From the IMG/VR virus record IMGVR_UViG_3300021197_001769: 64,000 nucleotides of DNA. One strand, 5' to 3'. The stretch comes from a virus. Both the position numbers and the translations under genes were made by a program. The notes beneath the pieces are model-generated. The model was not told the DNA's origin. It saw only the letters and a list, made by a program, of their open reading frames with translations, and searched no databases. This document shows positions 27,380 to 37,789 of the stretch, one piece after another. Positions within the stretch are counted from its first letter, which is position 1. Each line of letters begins with the position of its first letter.

Positions 27380-28338
27380 GAAGTACTACGTTTATACTCC
27401 CCCCAATCGCCTTCTAATCCGTTAACCGAATATTCTGTAACTCTCTTCTCAAAGAAGTTATCATGAGAAGCTCCATTAAGAATCCAATCTAGCCATTGAA
27501 TCGGGTTATCTTTTACATTATATTTAGGTTTCATTCCCAATTGTAGTAATCGTCTATCTGCAATATGTCTAATGTACTTCTTTACTTCATCTTCAGTTAA
27601 ACCTTCGATGGTAGCGTTTTTGAATGCAAGTTTAATAAACTTATCTTCTAATGCTACAGAATCTTTAGCCATTTGATATATCTTAGACTTTAACTCGTCG
27701 TTTACTACTTTAGGATGCTCACTTACGAACTCTCTAAATAGTTTTGCATTTCCCATTACATGAATAGACTCATCTCTAATAGACCACTCAACAATGGTTC
27801 CCATTCCCTTCATTTTACCAAAACGTTGGAAATTAAGTAACATAACAAAAGATGCAAATAATGACATTCCTTCGTTAAAAACTGACTGAGCAAAAGCTAG
27901 TGCTAATCCTTGATGAGTACTTACATTATTATCTTGCATGAACTCAATCTTGTCAGCCATTTCAGAATATTCCATAAACTTATGAAAGTCTTCTTCTGGT
28001 AAACCTAGAGTATCATTCAATAAAGCATATGCTCTTTGATGAACTCCTTCTCTACTAGCAAAAGAGCCTAACATGTTTCGTGCTTCATTATTTTTAATCT
28101 TAGGAATAAGATAGTCAAAATAATTTTGTCCTACTTGAACGTCAGACTGAGTAAACAATCTAAGAATATGAGTAATAAACTCTTTTTCTTGATCACTTAA
28201 TTTAGTCTTCCAATCTTGTACATCTTCTGATAACTCAGCTTCGTCTTCTACCCAATGCACTTCTTCATGTTTTTTAGTAAGCTCTACTGCCCAGGGGTAA
28301 ATAAAAGGGCGGTAAGCTTTTGACTCTTGTAAAAGCAT
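27340..28338 (-). CDS. nrdB: ribonucleotide reductase class Ia beta subunit
   Basis: YRPF.YPW, FTQSD, E.VHQRAY, EGMSLFASF, WSIRDESIH, NFFE.RVTEY. Confidence 0.96.
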   Translation of the reverse strand: MLLQESKAYRPFIYPWAVELTKKHEEVHWVEDEAELSEDVQDWKTKLSDQEKEFITHILRLFTQSDVQVGQNYFDYLIPKIKNNEARNMLGSFASREGVHQRAYALLNDTLGLPEEDFHKFMEYSEMADKIEFMQDNNVSTHQGLALAFAQSVFNEGMSLFASFVMLLNFQRFGKMKGMGTIVEWSIRDESIHVMGNAKLFREFVSEHPKVVNDELKSKIYQMAKDSVALEDKFIKLAFKNATIEGLTEDEVKKYIRHIADRRLLQLGMKPKYNVKDNPIQWLDWILNGASHDNFFEKRVTEYSVNGLEGDWGEYKRSTSWHAREDQKRSVA

Positions 28339-28512
28339 TTATTCCTCTTGTTTCAGTTTCTCGTCTAACACAATAGACTTTTCTAATTTATTAATTCGCT
28401 CATTCATTTCAAACATGATCTCAGCGATAGCTCTAAAAGTTTCTTTATCTGGAGAACCTCTTAGTACTACTCTGTCTAACTGAGCTTTTAACTTATCTGT
28501 ATATGATGCCAT
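28339..28512 (-). CDS. small hypothetical protein between nrdA and nrdB (not in the ORF track)
   Basis: 57-aa open frame MASYTDKLK... with AGGAG RBS. Confidence 0.55.
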   Translation of the reverse strand: MASYTDKLKAQLDRVVLRGSPDKETFRAIAEIMFEMNERINKLEKSIVLDEKLKQEE

Positions 28513-28521
28513 AATATACTC

Positions 28522-30513
28522 CTATCCTTGGCAGGCTACGCACTCATCGCCTTCTTCTACTTGAGCATTATTTAGTAATGCCATTAGTTGATCATAACCA
28601 CCTACATATTCTCCATTTAAATATATTTGCGGTAATGTAGTTACTTTTCTTCCAGTAACCTCTGCAGCAGTTTTACCTGCTAACTCTAAATCGATATACT
28701 CATATTGTATACCTCTCATACCTAGTTCGTCCTTAGCCATTTCACAATATTGACATCCAGGTCTACCATATAAGATATTAGTTTTATCATCTTCTAAAGC
28801 TACTCTTTCAACTTTATCTGCAACAGTCTCTGCTCTAGATTTAGATTCAGTTCTAAGATAATATAAACCTTTTAATTTCTTTTCCCATGCTTGTAAATGA
28901 ACTTCATTAACATAGTTTCTATCAACTCCAGAAGGGAAGAATAAGTTAACTGATTGACCTTGACATATAAATCTTTGTCTATCAGCTGCTAATTCGACAA
29001 CCCATCTTTGATCTAACTCTTGAGCAGTTTTAAAAATATCTTTTTCTTTCTTATTCAATTTAGTTAGATGTTGGACTGATCCTTTATTTGTTATAATGGA
29101 ACTCCAAGTTTTTTCTGTATTAATTCCTTTTTCTTCTAACACTTTTTCTAGATACTTATTCTTTACTAAGAATGACCCGCCTCTAGTTCTATGAGTATAA
29201 GCATTAGCTTTCATCGGTTCAATACTAGGAGAAGTAGAAAGAATGATACCAGAACTAGCGTTGGGAGCGATAGCAAGTAAGTGCGCATTTCTAAGACCAG
29301 TTCCCATACCATCAGGATACTCTCCTCTCTCTTCAGCTAATTTTTTAGATTGAGCGACTGCATTTTGTTTTATCTTATGAAAAATTACAGTATTATGCAC
29401 TTTAGCACTTTCATTTTCCCACGGAATACCTTTTTTATGTAAATAAGAATGGAAACCCATAGCACCAATACCAATAGATCTTTCTCTCTTAGCACTATAT
29501 TTTGCTCTCATAATTTCATTAGGAGCGTTTTCAATGAAATATTCTAAAACGTTATCCAACATAGTAGTTATATCTTGAACAATAGTAGTATCTTTCCATT
29601 CATCATAGTACTCTAAATTAAGAGAAGATAAACAACATACAGCAGTTCTATCTGCTGCAGTAGGTAAATGTATTTCGTTACATAAGTTAGACCCGTGAAT
29701 CTTTAAACCTATATTTTTTAAATTTGAGGGTAACGAAGCGTTAGCAGTATCAATAAAGTTAAGATATGGCTCACCAGTCCTGAATCTAATTTCAATAATA
29801 CGTTCCCATAGTTTTCTTGCATCAACAGTCTCCTTTACAGCACCATCTTTAGGATCAATAAGATTCCAAGGTTGATTTTCAAATACAGCATGCATAAAAT
29901 TATCAGTAACATTTACAGCATTATGTAAATTTAAAGCTTTTCTTTGAACGTCTCCAGTAGGTATTCTCATATTAATGAATTCCATAATATCTGGATGGCT
30001 AATATCTAGATAAGCAGCATAACTACCTTTTCTAGTTTTACCTTGTCTATAAGCTATCATATCAGCATCTACCGTATGAAGAAAAGGTATAGGACCTGGA
30101 GCAATATCAGAAACAGTTCTAACATCAGACCAATGACCTCCTACTCCACCTCCAAAAATACTTAAGTATCTTAACTCAGATGAATGTTGAATTAACCCAT
30201 CAATAGTATCAGGAACATAAGTAAGAAAACAAGAAATAGGCATTCCTTTATTATTCTTCTCTCCATTAGGAGCATTAGATAAAACAGGAGAAGCAAATAG
30301 AAAATATTTTTTACTTACATAATCATATAATCTTTGAGCTAATGCTTCATCAGTAGCACCTTTATAAGTAGACCAAGCCCACGAAGCTCTTGCAAATGCT
30401 TCTTGAGGCGACTTCTCACTAGGTCTCATATAGAAATCTTTGAGAAGGTTTATTGAATATTCAGTTAGTAAACTATCTCTAGAGAGATCGATTTTAATTT
30501 TTTCGTATTTCAT
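28522..30513 (-). CDS. nrdA: ribonucleotide reductase class Ia alpha subunit with inserted C-terminal glutaredoxin domain
   Basis: PISCF, GGGVG, SNLCNEI, CCLSS, APNASS, LYYLR; then Grx CQYC...TLPQIY..GEYVGGY and terminal CVACQG. Confidence 0.95.
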   Translation of the reverse strand: MKYEKIKIDLSRDSLLTEYSINLLKDFYMRPSEKSPQEAFARASWAWSTYKGATDEALAQRLYDYVSKKYFLFASPVLSNAPNGEKNNKGMPISCFLTYVPDTIDGLIQHSSELRYLSIFGGGVGGHWSDVRTVSDIAPGPIPFLHTVDADMIAYRQGKTRKGSYAAYLDISHPDIMEFINMRIPTGDVQRKALNLHNAVNVTDNFMHAVFENQPWNLIDPKDGAVKETVDARKLWERIIEIRFRTGEPYLNFIDTANASLPSNLKNIGLKIHGSNLCNEIHLPTAADRTAVCCLSSLNLEYYDEWKDTTIVQDITTMLDNVLEYFIENAPNEIMRAKYSAKRERSIGIGAMGFHSYLHKKGIPWENESAKVHNTVIFHKIKQNAVAQSKKLAEERGEYPDGMGTGLRNAHLLAIAPNASSGIILSTSPSIEPMKANAYTHRTRGGSFLVKNKYLEKVLEEKGINTEKTWSSIITNKGSVQHLTKLNKKEKDIFKTAQELDQRWVVELAADRQRFICQGQSVNLFFPSGVDRNYVNEVHLQAWEKKLKGLYYLRTESKSRAETVADKVERVALEDDKTNILYGRPGCQYCEMAKDELGMRGIQYEYIDLELAGKTAAEVTGRKVTTLPQIYLNGEYVGGYDQLMALLNNAQVEEGDECVACQG

Positions 30514-31361
30514 TGGGTTTTTTTCCAAGCATTCAGTTGTAATTTTCCGGTCAGTCCACTAAAGGTGTTACTGGTAACGACAGCATTGACGTCGATACCG
30601 GCAAGTGTCATTTCGTTAATGTCTTTTTCTTTAATATGATCTGGCCAGATCACTACCTTGAATTGTCGATCAAGGTATTTAGCTACCTTGTCAACAATCT
30701 GCCTATTACGCGGCTCGTTATCTAATATGATTGTTGCAAGCTTAGAATATTTATTATCAATATCGTTCGCTCCGCATAAAGCTACACAATTTTTTATAAA
30801 AAAACTGTCGATAGGGCCTTCTACTACATTAAAAGGTTTAGTGACATCGACTTTATCTAAACCATATATTCTCTCATTATTATTAAAGTACATAGTGAGG
30901 TATCTCATTTCATTATCATCTAAGGCTCTACCCTGCATACCATATATCTTACCTTCACTATTACGAATAGGTATTACTAATCGCGGTGATTCATCTCCTT
31001 TAACCATGATATTTCCCGTTGAAATACCAATCTCTCTAAACCGTTCACTGTAATAGAGATCCACCAGAAGGCTACTATCGATGCCACGAGACCGTACATA
31101 ACGTACGCACTTATGGCTATCAGGTAAAGTATCCAACCTCTCACAATAACGTAGCACACTACTATAGTCCACGTTTTGGCGGATATCAATCCTAGTATTC
31201 CTACTCCCAGTATCAACTGACTTATTAGCATCATATTCTTTTACCTTCTCATAGTTCAAATCTCTTTGACACCCGTGACAAAGAAACATTTCTACTTCAG
31301 TTTTATACACAAAAGCAGTATCGCTACAATAAGGACATTTAACTTCTTTTACATCAAGCAT
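30510..31361 (-). CDS. 61: DNA primase gp61
   Basis: CPYC...CHGC zinc finger, RLVIP, QGRAL, VEGPIDS.F, DNEPRN, KDINEM. Confidence 0.93.
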   Translation of the reverse strand: MLDVKEVKCPYCSDTAFVYKTEVEMFLCHGCQRDLNYEKVKEYDANKSVDTGSRNTRIDIRQNVDYSSVLRYCERLDTLPDSHKCVRYVRSRGIDSSLLVDLYYSERFREIGISTGNIMVKGDESPRLVIPIRNSEGKIYGMQGRALDDNEMRYLTMYFNNNERIYGLDKVDVTKPFNVVEGPIDSFFIKNCVALCGANDIDNKYSKLATIILDNEPRNRQIVDKVAKYLDRQFKVVIWPDHIKEKDINEMTLAGIDVNAVVTSNTFSGLTGKLQLNAWKKTQ

Positions 31362-31373
31362 AATATAGTTATA

Positions 31374-31922
31374 TTAAACTCTTGATAAAATTTTCGTTAA
31401 GTTCTTTCTTTTTTTCGAAGGACCTGTAGGACCGGCTAGTCCAGAGGCATTTGCTTGAGAATTTGTTGTTGTAGGACTAAGAGGACCACCTAATGCAGCT
31501 CCAGAATGCATTTCTATCATAATAGCTTCTTCCATAGCGGCTAGGTAACCTTCTTTAGTTCCTATATCATGCTCAAGTTTAGGTATAATTCTATTTTCTT
31601 CTAATTTTTCCATAAGTGCATTTGCTGTTTCATTATTATATTCATCTTGTACATGTTCTTTAAGAAGAGCTAAAGCAGCAATATATGATGCTAGTCTAGT
31701 CTTACCTAATGGTACTTTTCCAAGTAATCTTTTCATATTAAGTACTAATCTGTCTACTAGAGTCATAGCACCTTTTTCTTCTGAGGATTTAGCTTTCTTT
31801 AATGACTTACCATCTGCATCAATTAAGCCTAATTCAAACGCCTTCATTTTATTATAAGGAGTTACTAGCTTCTTAAGTATCCTAAAAATAATTAATGTAT
31901 CTACAACGTTAACGGCTGGCAT
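31374..31922 (-). CDS. conserved T4-like hypothetical protein
   Basis: FRILK.LVTP...AFELGLID.DG, RLV.N.KRL, ASY.AAL.LLKE. Confidence 0.75.
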   Translation of the reverse strand: MPAVNVVDTLIIFRILKKLVTPYNKMKAFELGLIDADGKSLKKAKSSEEKGAMTLVDRLVLNMKRLLGKVPLGKTRLASYIAALALLKEHVQDEYNNETANALMEKLEENRIIPKLEHDIGTKEGYLAAMEEAIMIEMHSGAALGGPLSPTTTNSQANASGLAGPTGPSKKRKNLTKILSRV

Positions 31923-32280
31923 TGTCCATTTCCTTCAATAATTTTGCAGTATACAAACAATGTCCTATATCTGCGTATTCCTTACTATCTAATAAACTAA
32001 GATAAGTTAGTACGGTTTTAAAGACTTCTTTTTCTTCTTCTGTAGCAAAGGCAAATAATATTTTCTTTGCTGCATTTCTTTCAAAGTTATTTGTAAAACA
32101 TATTATGTGATTTACTAATAACCTTATATTTTTAGTCTTATCTGTATTTACTTTCTTAGCGAGTTTCTTTGCTAATTTAAATCTATTTAAGTCTTCAATA
32201 AATTCTTCTTTACTATGACAAAACGGATTTGTATAATTTTTCGCAGCAAATAACTCTATCGTATCAGCATTTAATTCCAT
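31909..32280 (-). CDS. conserved T4-like hypothetical protein
   Basis: FAAKNY.NP.C...EF.EDL.RFK, RLLVNHII. Confidence 0.75.
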   Translation of the reverse strand: MELNADTIELFAAKNYTNPFCHSKEEFIEDLNRFKLAKKLAKKVNTDKTKNIRLLVNHIICFTNNFERNAAKKILFAFATEEEKEVFKTVLTYLSLLDSKEYADIGHCLYTAKLLKEMDNASR

Positions 32281-32283
32281 TAT

Positions 32284-32820
32284 CTACTTATTTACGCCTA
32301 TATCCTTCTTGGTGTCTATCATTACCTTCGGCTTTACATTTATCTTTTGTTCTTCTTTACTTACTGTAATTTTTTTAGCTGTAGGTTCTATCTTCTTGTC
32401 TAATACTTTTCGACCAATCTTTACTTGAGACCCAGGTTGAGGCTGTACTGGAGGAGGAGCTGGTGGCTGCTCTTCAGGTGGCTGTTCTTGTTCCATATCC
32501 TGATCAGGCATTGGTTCTTTCTCAATAGTCTTATGAGTTTCACCGCCATTAGCATGTTTCTTTACTTCTGTTTCTTTTGTTTTAGTATTTCTATCATGCG
32601 CTTTCTTTTCAGCTTCTTCTATTTCGGTTTCTTCTCTATAACCTCTTCTTCTTAAATCTCTATGCTTTTCTCTATCCATTTTAGCTTTCGCTTCTTTGGA
32701 TCTTTCTAAACCATTTTTACCACGAGAAATCTCAACGCCAGAATTGATTCTTTCGCTAAGAAATTCAGTGAGTTCATTCATATTTTTGAATTGTGCTAGT
32801 ATATTTGGATCAATTGACAT
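32284..32820 (-). CDS. hypothetical charged, Pro-rich late protein
   Basis: late-like AATAAATA upstream at about 32841-32848; low complexity. Confidence 0.6.
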   Translation of the reverse strand: MSIDPNILAQFKNMNELTEFLSERINSGVEISRGKNGLERSKEAKAKMDREKHRDLRRRGYREETEIEEAEKKAHDRNTKTKETEVKKHANGGETHKTIEKEPMPDQDMEQEQPPEEQPPAPPPVQPQPGSQVKIGRKVLDKKIEPTAKKITVSKEEQKINVKPKVMIDTKKDIGVNK

Positions 32821-32846
32821 TTTACTTCTCTCTTTCTAATTATTTA

Positions 32847-35339
32847 TTAAGAAAAGAAGTCGACTAGTGTAGCCCTTTTAACAGAAGACCAACCAATTGG
32901 ATCTAATATATGTTTGAAAGGTTCAGTAACAGTTTTAGAAAACATTTTTTCATAATCAATATACTTATTGATATCTACTTCATCCGGTAAAGAAGTCATA
33001 AAAGATATAACATGAGTACCTACGTTATTAGGTTCTCTAAGATATACAAATCTACCCTTCTCTCCATTATTAATCTTTTCCCATTTCTTGGTTAAGTTTT
33101 TCTGTTCTAGTAATCTATTGAAAGCAATAGCACCTCTTACATGAGGAGGAGTACCTTTCATAAACCCTTCTTTAATAGTATAATCAGTAATAGAGTTCAT
33201 AGTTCTAGGAAAAGCAATATCCTGAGGAACCATTTTCATATATTCTTCTTTAACTTCTTTAATATATTTCTGTAAAGTCTCTTCATCAGTTTGCAAAGTA
33301 AGAGTAATCATGTTAAGGAGTTTCCCTCTCATAATTTGAGGAGTAGAAGATCTAATAGCATCTAAACCTTGAATCTTTATCTTAGCTTCTTTATGTCTAA
33401 CACCTTCAGTATCCCATACAGACATAGCATATCGTTTCTTAGCAGTCCATACAGCAGTTTCAGCAATACACTCTCGTTTCATTACCATCTTCTGACCTCT
33501 AGTATTCATATACTTAGATACGTCTTGATAACCTTCTTCTAGTATTCTATCTAATTGCTCTTCAGCTATCTTATCTAAAATATCAATGATTTCTTCTCTA
33601 GACTTATCAGAGAAAAATTTATCTACAAGAGGTTGAACGTTAAGATAATTAGAGTCAGTATCGATAGCAATAATATAATCTTTATTTTCAGTCTTAAGTA
33701 GTTTATTCATAAAAGCATTTAAGTTCTTTTCAGCTTCTTGAATAATAAACTGACCTGATAGAGTAATAGATTCACCTAATCGTTGATCGTACCATCTATA
33801 GAACTTATTAGTAATAGCACCATAACCACTATTCAATAGAATCTTTCTAACTTGCTGATTATTCTGTTCGTAAGTAGAAGGTTCACCTTTCTTCTGCTTT
33901 TCTATCATTCTATCTTTGAATATAAGTCTCTCTTCGTAAAGAGTTCTCATAATACGAGGCATTATACCTTCGATCTTATCATGATACTTCCAACCAGAAC
34001 CTGCAATAATTTTACCTTTACAATCGTCAGGTAAAGGTTCTCTATTTAAGAATCGTCTTATACGTTCTTCAGGAGATATATCAGCCCATACTTTAGATTC
34101 GTTTATGATAGTCTCAGGAGAAATATTATATTGCATAACAAGATGAGGATATAGAGAGTTTAAGTCAAAAGATAAAACCCATCCATGTTTACCTGCAATA
34201 GGTTCTTTTACATGACCGCCAGGTATCTGAGAAGTCTTATCACCTGCAACTATATTAAAGTGAGGATGTTTATTTTCTTTAATTAGCTCTTTATTGATGA
34301 GGGAGTCCCACGCTCTCACAGGTGAACTTACTTCGTCATAGTTAAGAGATGCTTTATAAGCCATAGCTAACTGAGCGTCTATTAGACCCATCTTTTTATC
34401 GAGTAAACCTACTAGATTAACATCTTGAATATTATAATCGATAAATTTTTGATAATTACTATAGTAAAGCATATGCAAACCAGTTACTTCACTATGATCT
34501 AACTTACGTTGACCTAGCTCTAAGTGAGCTACCCAATCTAGTCTATAAGACTCTTGTATTCTATTTCTTCTATAGAGTACAATATAGTCAATAACAGATA
34601 CACCTTTCATAGCTACTTCAGTTTCTATACCTCTTCTAGTCTGATACTCTCTCATATCACATCTACCCCAAGGAGATAACTTACCAGCATCGAAACCAAG
34701 ATTATTCAATCTATTATACAAATAAGGCATATCGAAACCTGCAACGTTCCAACCCGTTACAACATGAGGACAATTATCTTTCCAGAACTTAAGAAACTTA
34801 GTTAGTAGATCATGCTCAGAAGAACATTTAATATAAACAACTTTATCGATAATCTCTTGAGGTAATTCAGATTTAGAACTATCCCAGTCGTTATCACCTA
34901 AAGTAATATACTTATCAGAAATATTATCGTGAATACAAATAGCAGTAACAGGATAAGCAGCTTCTTTAGCAGTAGGAAAACCTTCGTTAGAAGTTACCTC
35001 GATATCAATATTAAAAGTTCTAATCTCATCTCTGTTATAAGTCTTTTCAGCATTAGGAAAAGTCTCATTGATATAACTAGAATGAAATAAAGGAAAACCG
35101 TAAAGTTTAAGATTAGTATCTTCATGCTTTTTAGCAAACTCAGTAGCTTCTTGCATCTTATCAAACTGAGTAGGTTTAAGCGGCGTACCATAAAGACTAG
35201 TTACACCAGTCTCTTTTTTAGATTCAATATAAAGAGTAGGAGAGTAATTAAGTTTATCTCTAAACTCTTTACCATCTGAAATACCTCTTACAAAGAGAGT
35301 ATTACCCCATCGATTAACATTAGTATAATATTTACTCAT
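32847..35339 (-). CDS. 43: family B DNA polymerase gp43
   Basis: DIEV, GWNV.GFD.PY, YNIQDV, SFDLNSLYP, K.LLNSGYG, DTDS, KKRYA. Confidence 0.97.
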   Translation of the reverse strand: MSKYYTNVNRWGNTLFVRGISDGKEFRDKLNYSPTLYIESKKETGVTSLYGTPLKPTQFDKMQEATEFAKKHEDTNLKLYGFPLFHSSYINETFPNAEKTYNRDEIRTFNIDIEVTSNEGFPTAKEAAYPVTAICIHDNISDKYITLGDNDWDSSKSELPQEIIDKVVYIKCSSEHDLLTKFLKFWKDNCPHVVTGWNVAGFDMPYLYNRLNNLGFDAGKLSPWGRCDMREYQTRRGIETEVAMKGVSVIDYIVLYRRNRIQESYRLDWVAHLELGQRKLDHSEVTGLHMLYYSNYQKFIDYNIQDVNLVGLLDKKMGLIDAQLAMAYKASLNYDEVSSPVRAWDSLINKELIKENKHPHFNIVAGDKTSQIPGGHVKEPIAGKHGWVLSFDLNSLYPHLVMQYNISPETIINESKVWADISPEERIRRFLNREPLPDDCKGKIIAGSGWKYHDKIEGIMPRIMRTLYEERLIFKDRMIEKQKKGEPSTYEQNNQQVRKILLNSGYGAITNKFYRWYDQRLGESITLSGQFIIQEAEKNLNAFMNKLLKTENKDYIIAIDTDSNYLNVQPLVDKFFSDKSREEIIDILDKIAEEQLDRILEEGYQDVSKYMNTRGQKMVMKRECIAETAVWTAKKRYAMSVWDTEGVRHKEAKIKIQGLDAIRSSTPQIMRGKLLNMITLTLQTDEETLQKYIKEVKEEYMKMVPQDIAFPRTMNSITDYTIKEGFMKGTPPHVRGAIAFNRLLEQKNLTKKWEKINNGEKGRFVYLREPNNVGTHVISFMTSLPDEVDINKYIDYEKMFSKTVTEPFKHILDPIGWSSVKRATLVDFFS

Positions 35340-35346
35340 ACAATAG

Positions 35347-35353
35347 TTATAGT
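35347..35353 (-). promoter_or_regulatory. putative middle-mode promoter -10 box ACTATAA (example; about 10 intergenic copies)
   Basis: same 7-mer upstream of the dpdA-like gene, queD, rnh, uvsX, g43 and others. Confidence 0.5.
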
Positions 35354-35360
35354 GGTAAAG

Positions 35361-35741
35361 TTATTTCTTTTTACCGATCGTATAATTTTGTTTGAGTTGC
35401 CATTTGGCTTTTTCTTTGAAGGGAATAATTTTAACCCGAGCCAGTGAGTTTGGCTCGGATTTAGGTTTTTCAACAATAGTACATAAATTCCATTGTTCGA
35501 GTAGCTTTGCGATTCCATTTCGTCTCTTAATATCATCTTCTTTTAACTCTCGTTCATAACCATCTAAAATAAACAACTCTCTATAATGACATAGAAAATA
35601 TTTACCTCTCTTATGGAGTAAATGACATGTTTGAACGAGTTTATTATCAGAACCTTCAACACCTATTCGTGTCAGAGTTTCGACAATTTTAAGGAAATTA
35701 TCGCGTTCGCCTAATTTAACTTCTAATAAATTTTCTATCAT
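35361..35741 (-). CDS. regA: translational repressor RegA
   Basis: FLKIVETLTRIG, QTCHLLHKRGKY...HY.ELF.LDG, RRN.IA.LL.QW. Confidence 0.95.
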   Translation of the reverse strand: MIENLLEVKLGERDNFLKIVETLTRIGVEGSDNKLVQTCHLLHKRGKYFLCHYRELFILDGYERELKEDDIKRRNGIAKLLEQWNLCTIVEKPKSEPNSLARVKIIPFKEKAKWQLKQNYTIGKKK

Positions 35742-35782
35742 AACCTAATCATCATTTATAAGTTATTTAATAGATTTAGATA

Positions 35783-36022
35783 CTAGTCGTTAAGTTGGTC
35801 TTTCCAGTTCTCTGCTAATTCTGCGGCTCTATTAGTTAACCATTCAGCAGCAGCTGTATCACCTGACTCTTTTGCTACATCTGCTTCTTGAATACAGTTA
35901 TAGATTTTAGCCATCATAGTTATTCTTTGGTCCTGAATTTCATGACCATGTTCGTCTTTACTAATAAGTCTGCACTTATTTTTAATTTCATCTAAAGATG
36001 CTTTAGTAATATCAAATGACAT
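35783..36022 (-). CDS. hypothetical protein
   Basis: GGGAG RBS; 79 aa. Confidence 0.6.
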   Translation of the reverse strand: MSFDITKASLDEIKNKCRLISKDEHGHEIQDQRITMMAKIYNCIQEADVAKESGDTAAAEWLTNRAAELAENWKDQLND

Positions 36023-36050
36023 TTGAATGTCTCCCTTGTTAATTAACTAA

Positions 36051-36254
36051 TTATTTATTAGTTTTAGTTAATTTATTGCACACATAAGATTTACCATTAG
36101 GTGAATCTATTGTTAAAGCTGGAATTCCTGGTGTAGCTTCTCTACATTCGATTTGCGTCCAAGAATAACCTTCTTTTAATTGTTTGCTTGAAGTATCAAT
36201 AAACTCCTTATTATTAATTCCAAACATAGCAATTAGTAAAAATGCATATATCAT
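36051..36254 (-). CDS. small exported/membrane hypothetical protein
   Basis: hydrophobic N-terminus, two Cys. Confidence 0.55.
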   Translation of the reverse strand: MIYAFLLIAMFGINNKEFIDTSSKQLKEGYSWTQIECREATPGIPALTIDSPNGKSYVCNKLTKTNK

Positions 36255-36685
36255 TATTTGCCTCCCTTTCTGTTATTATACCATTGTTTAATTTGTTCTA
36301 GCTGTTCTTTATCTAAAATCTTTTCGTATTGTTTAGCTACTTTATGTGAGACTGAAAAATATTCTTTGACCATATCAGTATAGTCTGAAGTAAATTTCTT
36401 AGCCCATTTCGCGAAATAATTTTTCTTAGGAAGTCCATGATAGTAGAAGTCAAAACATATTTGATCTGATAAGCTATCATATTTATTCATTTCATTAGCG
36501 AATAACACAGTATCAGAACGTTGACTCATACCTAAGTTAGTTAAAAATTTATTGAAACCGAAAGTAGACTCAGGATAATTTTTATTAGATATATTTTTTA
36601 GTAACTCAAAAGGATTAGCTTTTACTTCTTCAGCTACATACTCTTCTTTTCTTTCAATAATATTTCCGAATAGATCTATTTCCAT
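36254..36685 (-). CDS. 62: clamp loader small subunit gp62
   Basis: ANEMN, QI.FDFY, FAKWAK, VKEYF; position after g44. Confidence 0.88.
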   Translation of the reverse strand: MEIDLFGNIIERKEEYVAEEVKANPFELLKNISNKNYPESTFGFNKFLTNLGMSQRSDTVLFANEMNKYDSLSDQICFDFYYHGLPKKNYFAKWAKKFTSDYTDMVKEYFSVSHKVAKQYEKILDKEQLEQIKQWYNNRKGGK

Positions 36686-37629
36686 TTTACACTCTTCATT
36701 ACTTCAACTACAAAAGCAGCTAAGTTAATTTCTTGATTAGTTACAAAAGCAGCTTTATGTTGATACTCACCCATAATTAATATAAGATTAGGTAAAGATG
36801 CAGGTTCTACATATTCATTTATATTAGTATACAAGTCATCAAATAACTGATCAGTCTCAGGATTATCTGCAATCCATTGCCTACAAGACTTAAAGTCACC
36901 TTTCTTCATAAAACCTATAAGAGATTTTACTTTAGAAGTATCTACTAATGCAATAATACCAGAATCAATCTTACCATTAACTTGACTATATCTCTGAAGT
37001 TCATTAATAGTTCTTCTAGTATCAGGATAGAATCGTTTAACTATTTCTAGTACAGCAGTCTGATTAAAGTCTATCTTTTCAAACTGCAATATAGATATCA
37101 TACGTTTAGCAATAGAAGCCATAATCTGAGCCTTCTCTTCTTTACCTACAGTAAAGTCTACTACAGAACATCTACTATGAAGAGGAGGTATAATTTTATG
37201 CTTATAGTTACAAGTAAGTATGAATCTACTATTCTTAGAGAACTCTTCTATAAAGTTTCTAAGAGCTGGTTGAACAGCAGGTCCTAAGTAATCAGCTTCA
37301 TCAATAATAACTACTTTAGGTTTATCTTTCATAGAAGTAGTCGATACAAACTTTTTAATTTTATCTCTAAGTATATCTATAGACCTACCTTCATCAGAAC
37401 CATTAACTACAATATAATCACAATCAAGTTCTTTACAAAGAGCTTTAGCAGCAGTAGTCTTACCTGTACCTGCTGAACCTGAGAAAAGCAGGTTAGTTAC
37501 TTCACCCTGCTTGATTAAATTATAGAATACTTTTTTAAGATTATCTGGTAAGATAGTTTCTTCTATGTTATCCGGACGATATTTCTCAGCCCAAATAAAT
37601 TGTTCACCTGCCACGTCTTTTCCTTTCAA
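36676..37629 (-). CDS. 44: clamp loader large subunit gp44
   Basis: WAEKYRP, GSAGTGKTT, IIDEAD, QPALR.FIEEFS, LHSRC. Confidence 0.96.
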   Translation of the reverse strand: MKGKDVAGEQFIWAEKYRPDNIEETILPDNLKKVFYNLIKQGEVTNLLFSGSAGTGKTTAAKALCKELDCDYIVVNGSDEGRSIDILRDKIKKFVSTTSMKDKPKVVIIDEADYLGPAVQPALRNFIEEFSKNSRFILTCNYKHKIIPPLHSRCSVVDFTVGKEEKAQIMASIAKRMISILQFEKIDFNQTAVLEIVKRFYPDTRRTINELQRYSQVNGKIDSGIIALVDTSKVKSLIGFMKKGDFKSCRQWIADNPETDQLFDDLYTNINEYVEPASLPNLILIMGEYQHKAAFVTNQEINLAAFVVEVMKSVKWK

Positions 37630-37789
37630 ATCTAGGTTCCGGTTCGCCGTTCTTTCTTCTATTATAGCTTCTTAATGCGTCTTGGCGCCTTTTTTCTACT
37701 TCTTGAGGATGGTAAGCTTCAGACCATTTCCACATTCCGTTTTCTTTGGCCCACATACCTAATTGTTCAGGTGAGTGCTTTCTTGGCAT
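37604..37789 (-). CDS. small basic hypothetical protein
   Basis: coupled within the g45-g44 operon. Confidence 0.55.
   Translation of the reverse strand: MPRKHSPEQLGMWAKENGMWKWSEAYHPQEVEKRRQDALRSYNRRKNGEPEPRFERKRRGR

Noticed and set aside
27340-35339. Introns or inteins in nrdA, nrdB or DNA polymerase
   Set aside because: ORFs are continuous, of expected length and without intein motifs; the small ORF between nrdA and nrdB has no nuclease motif.
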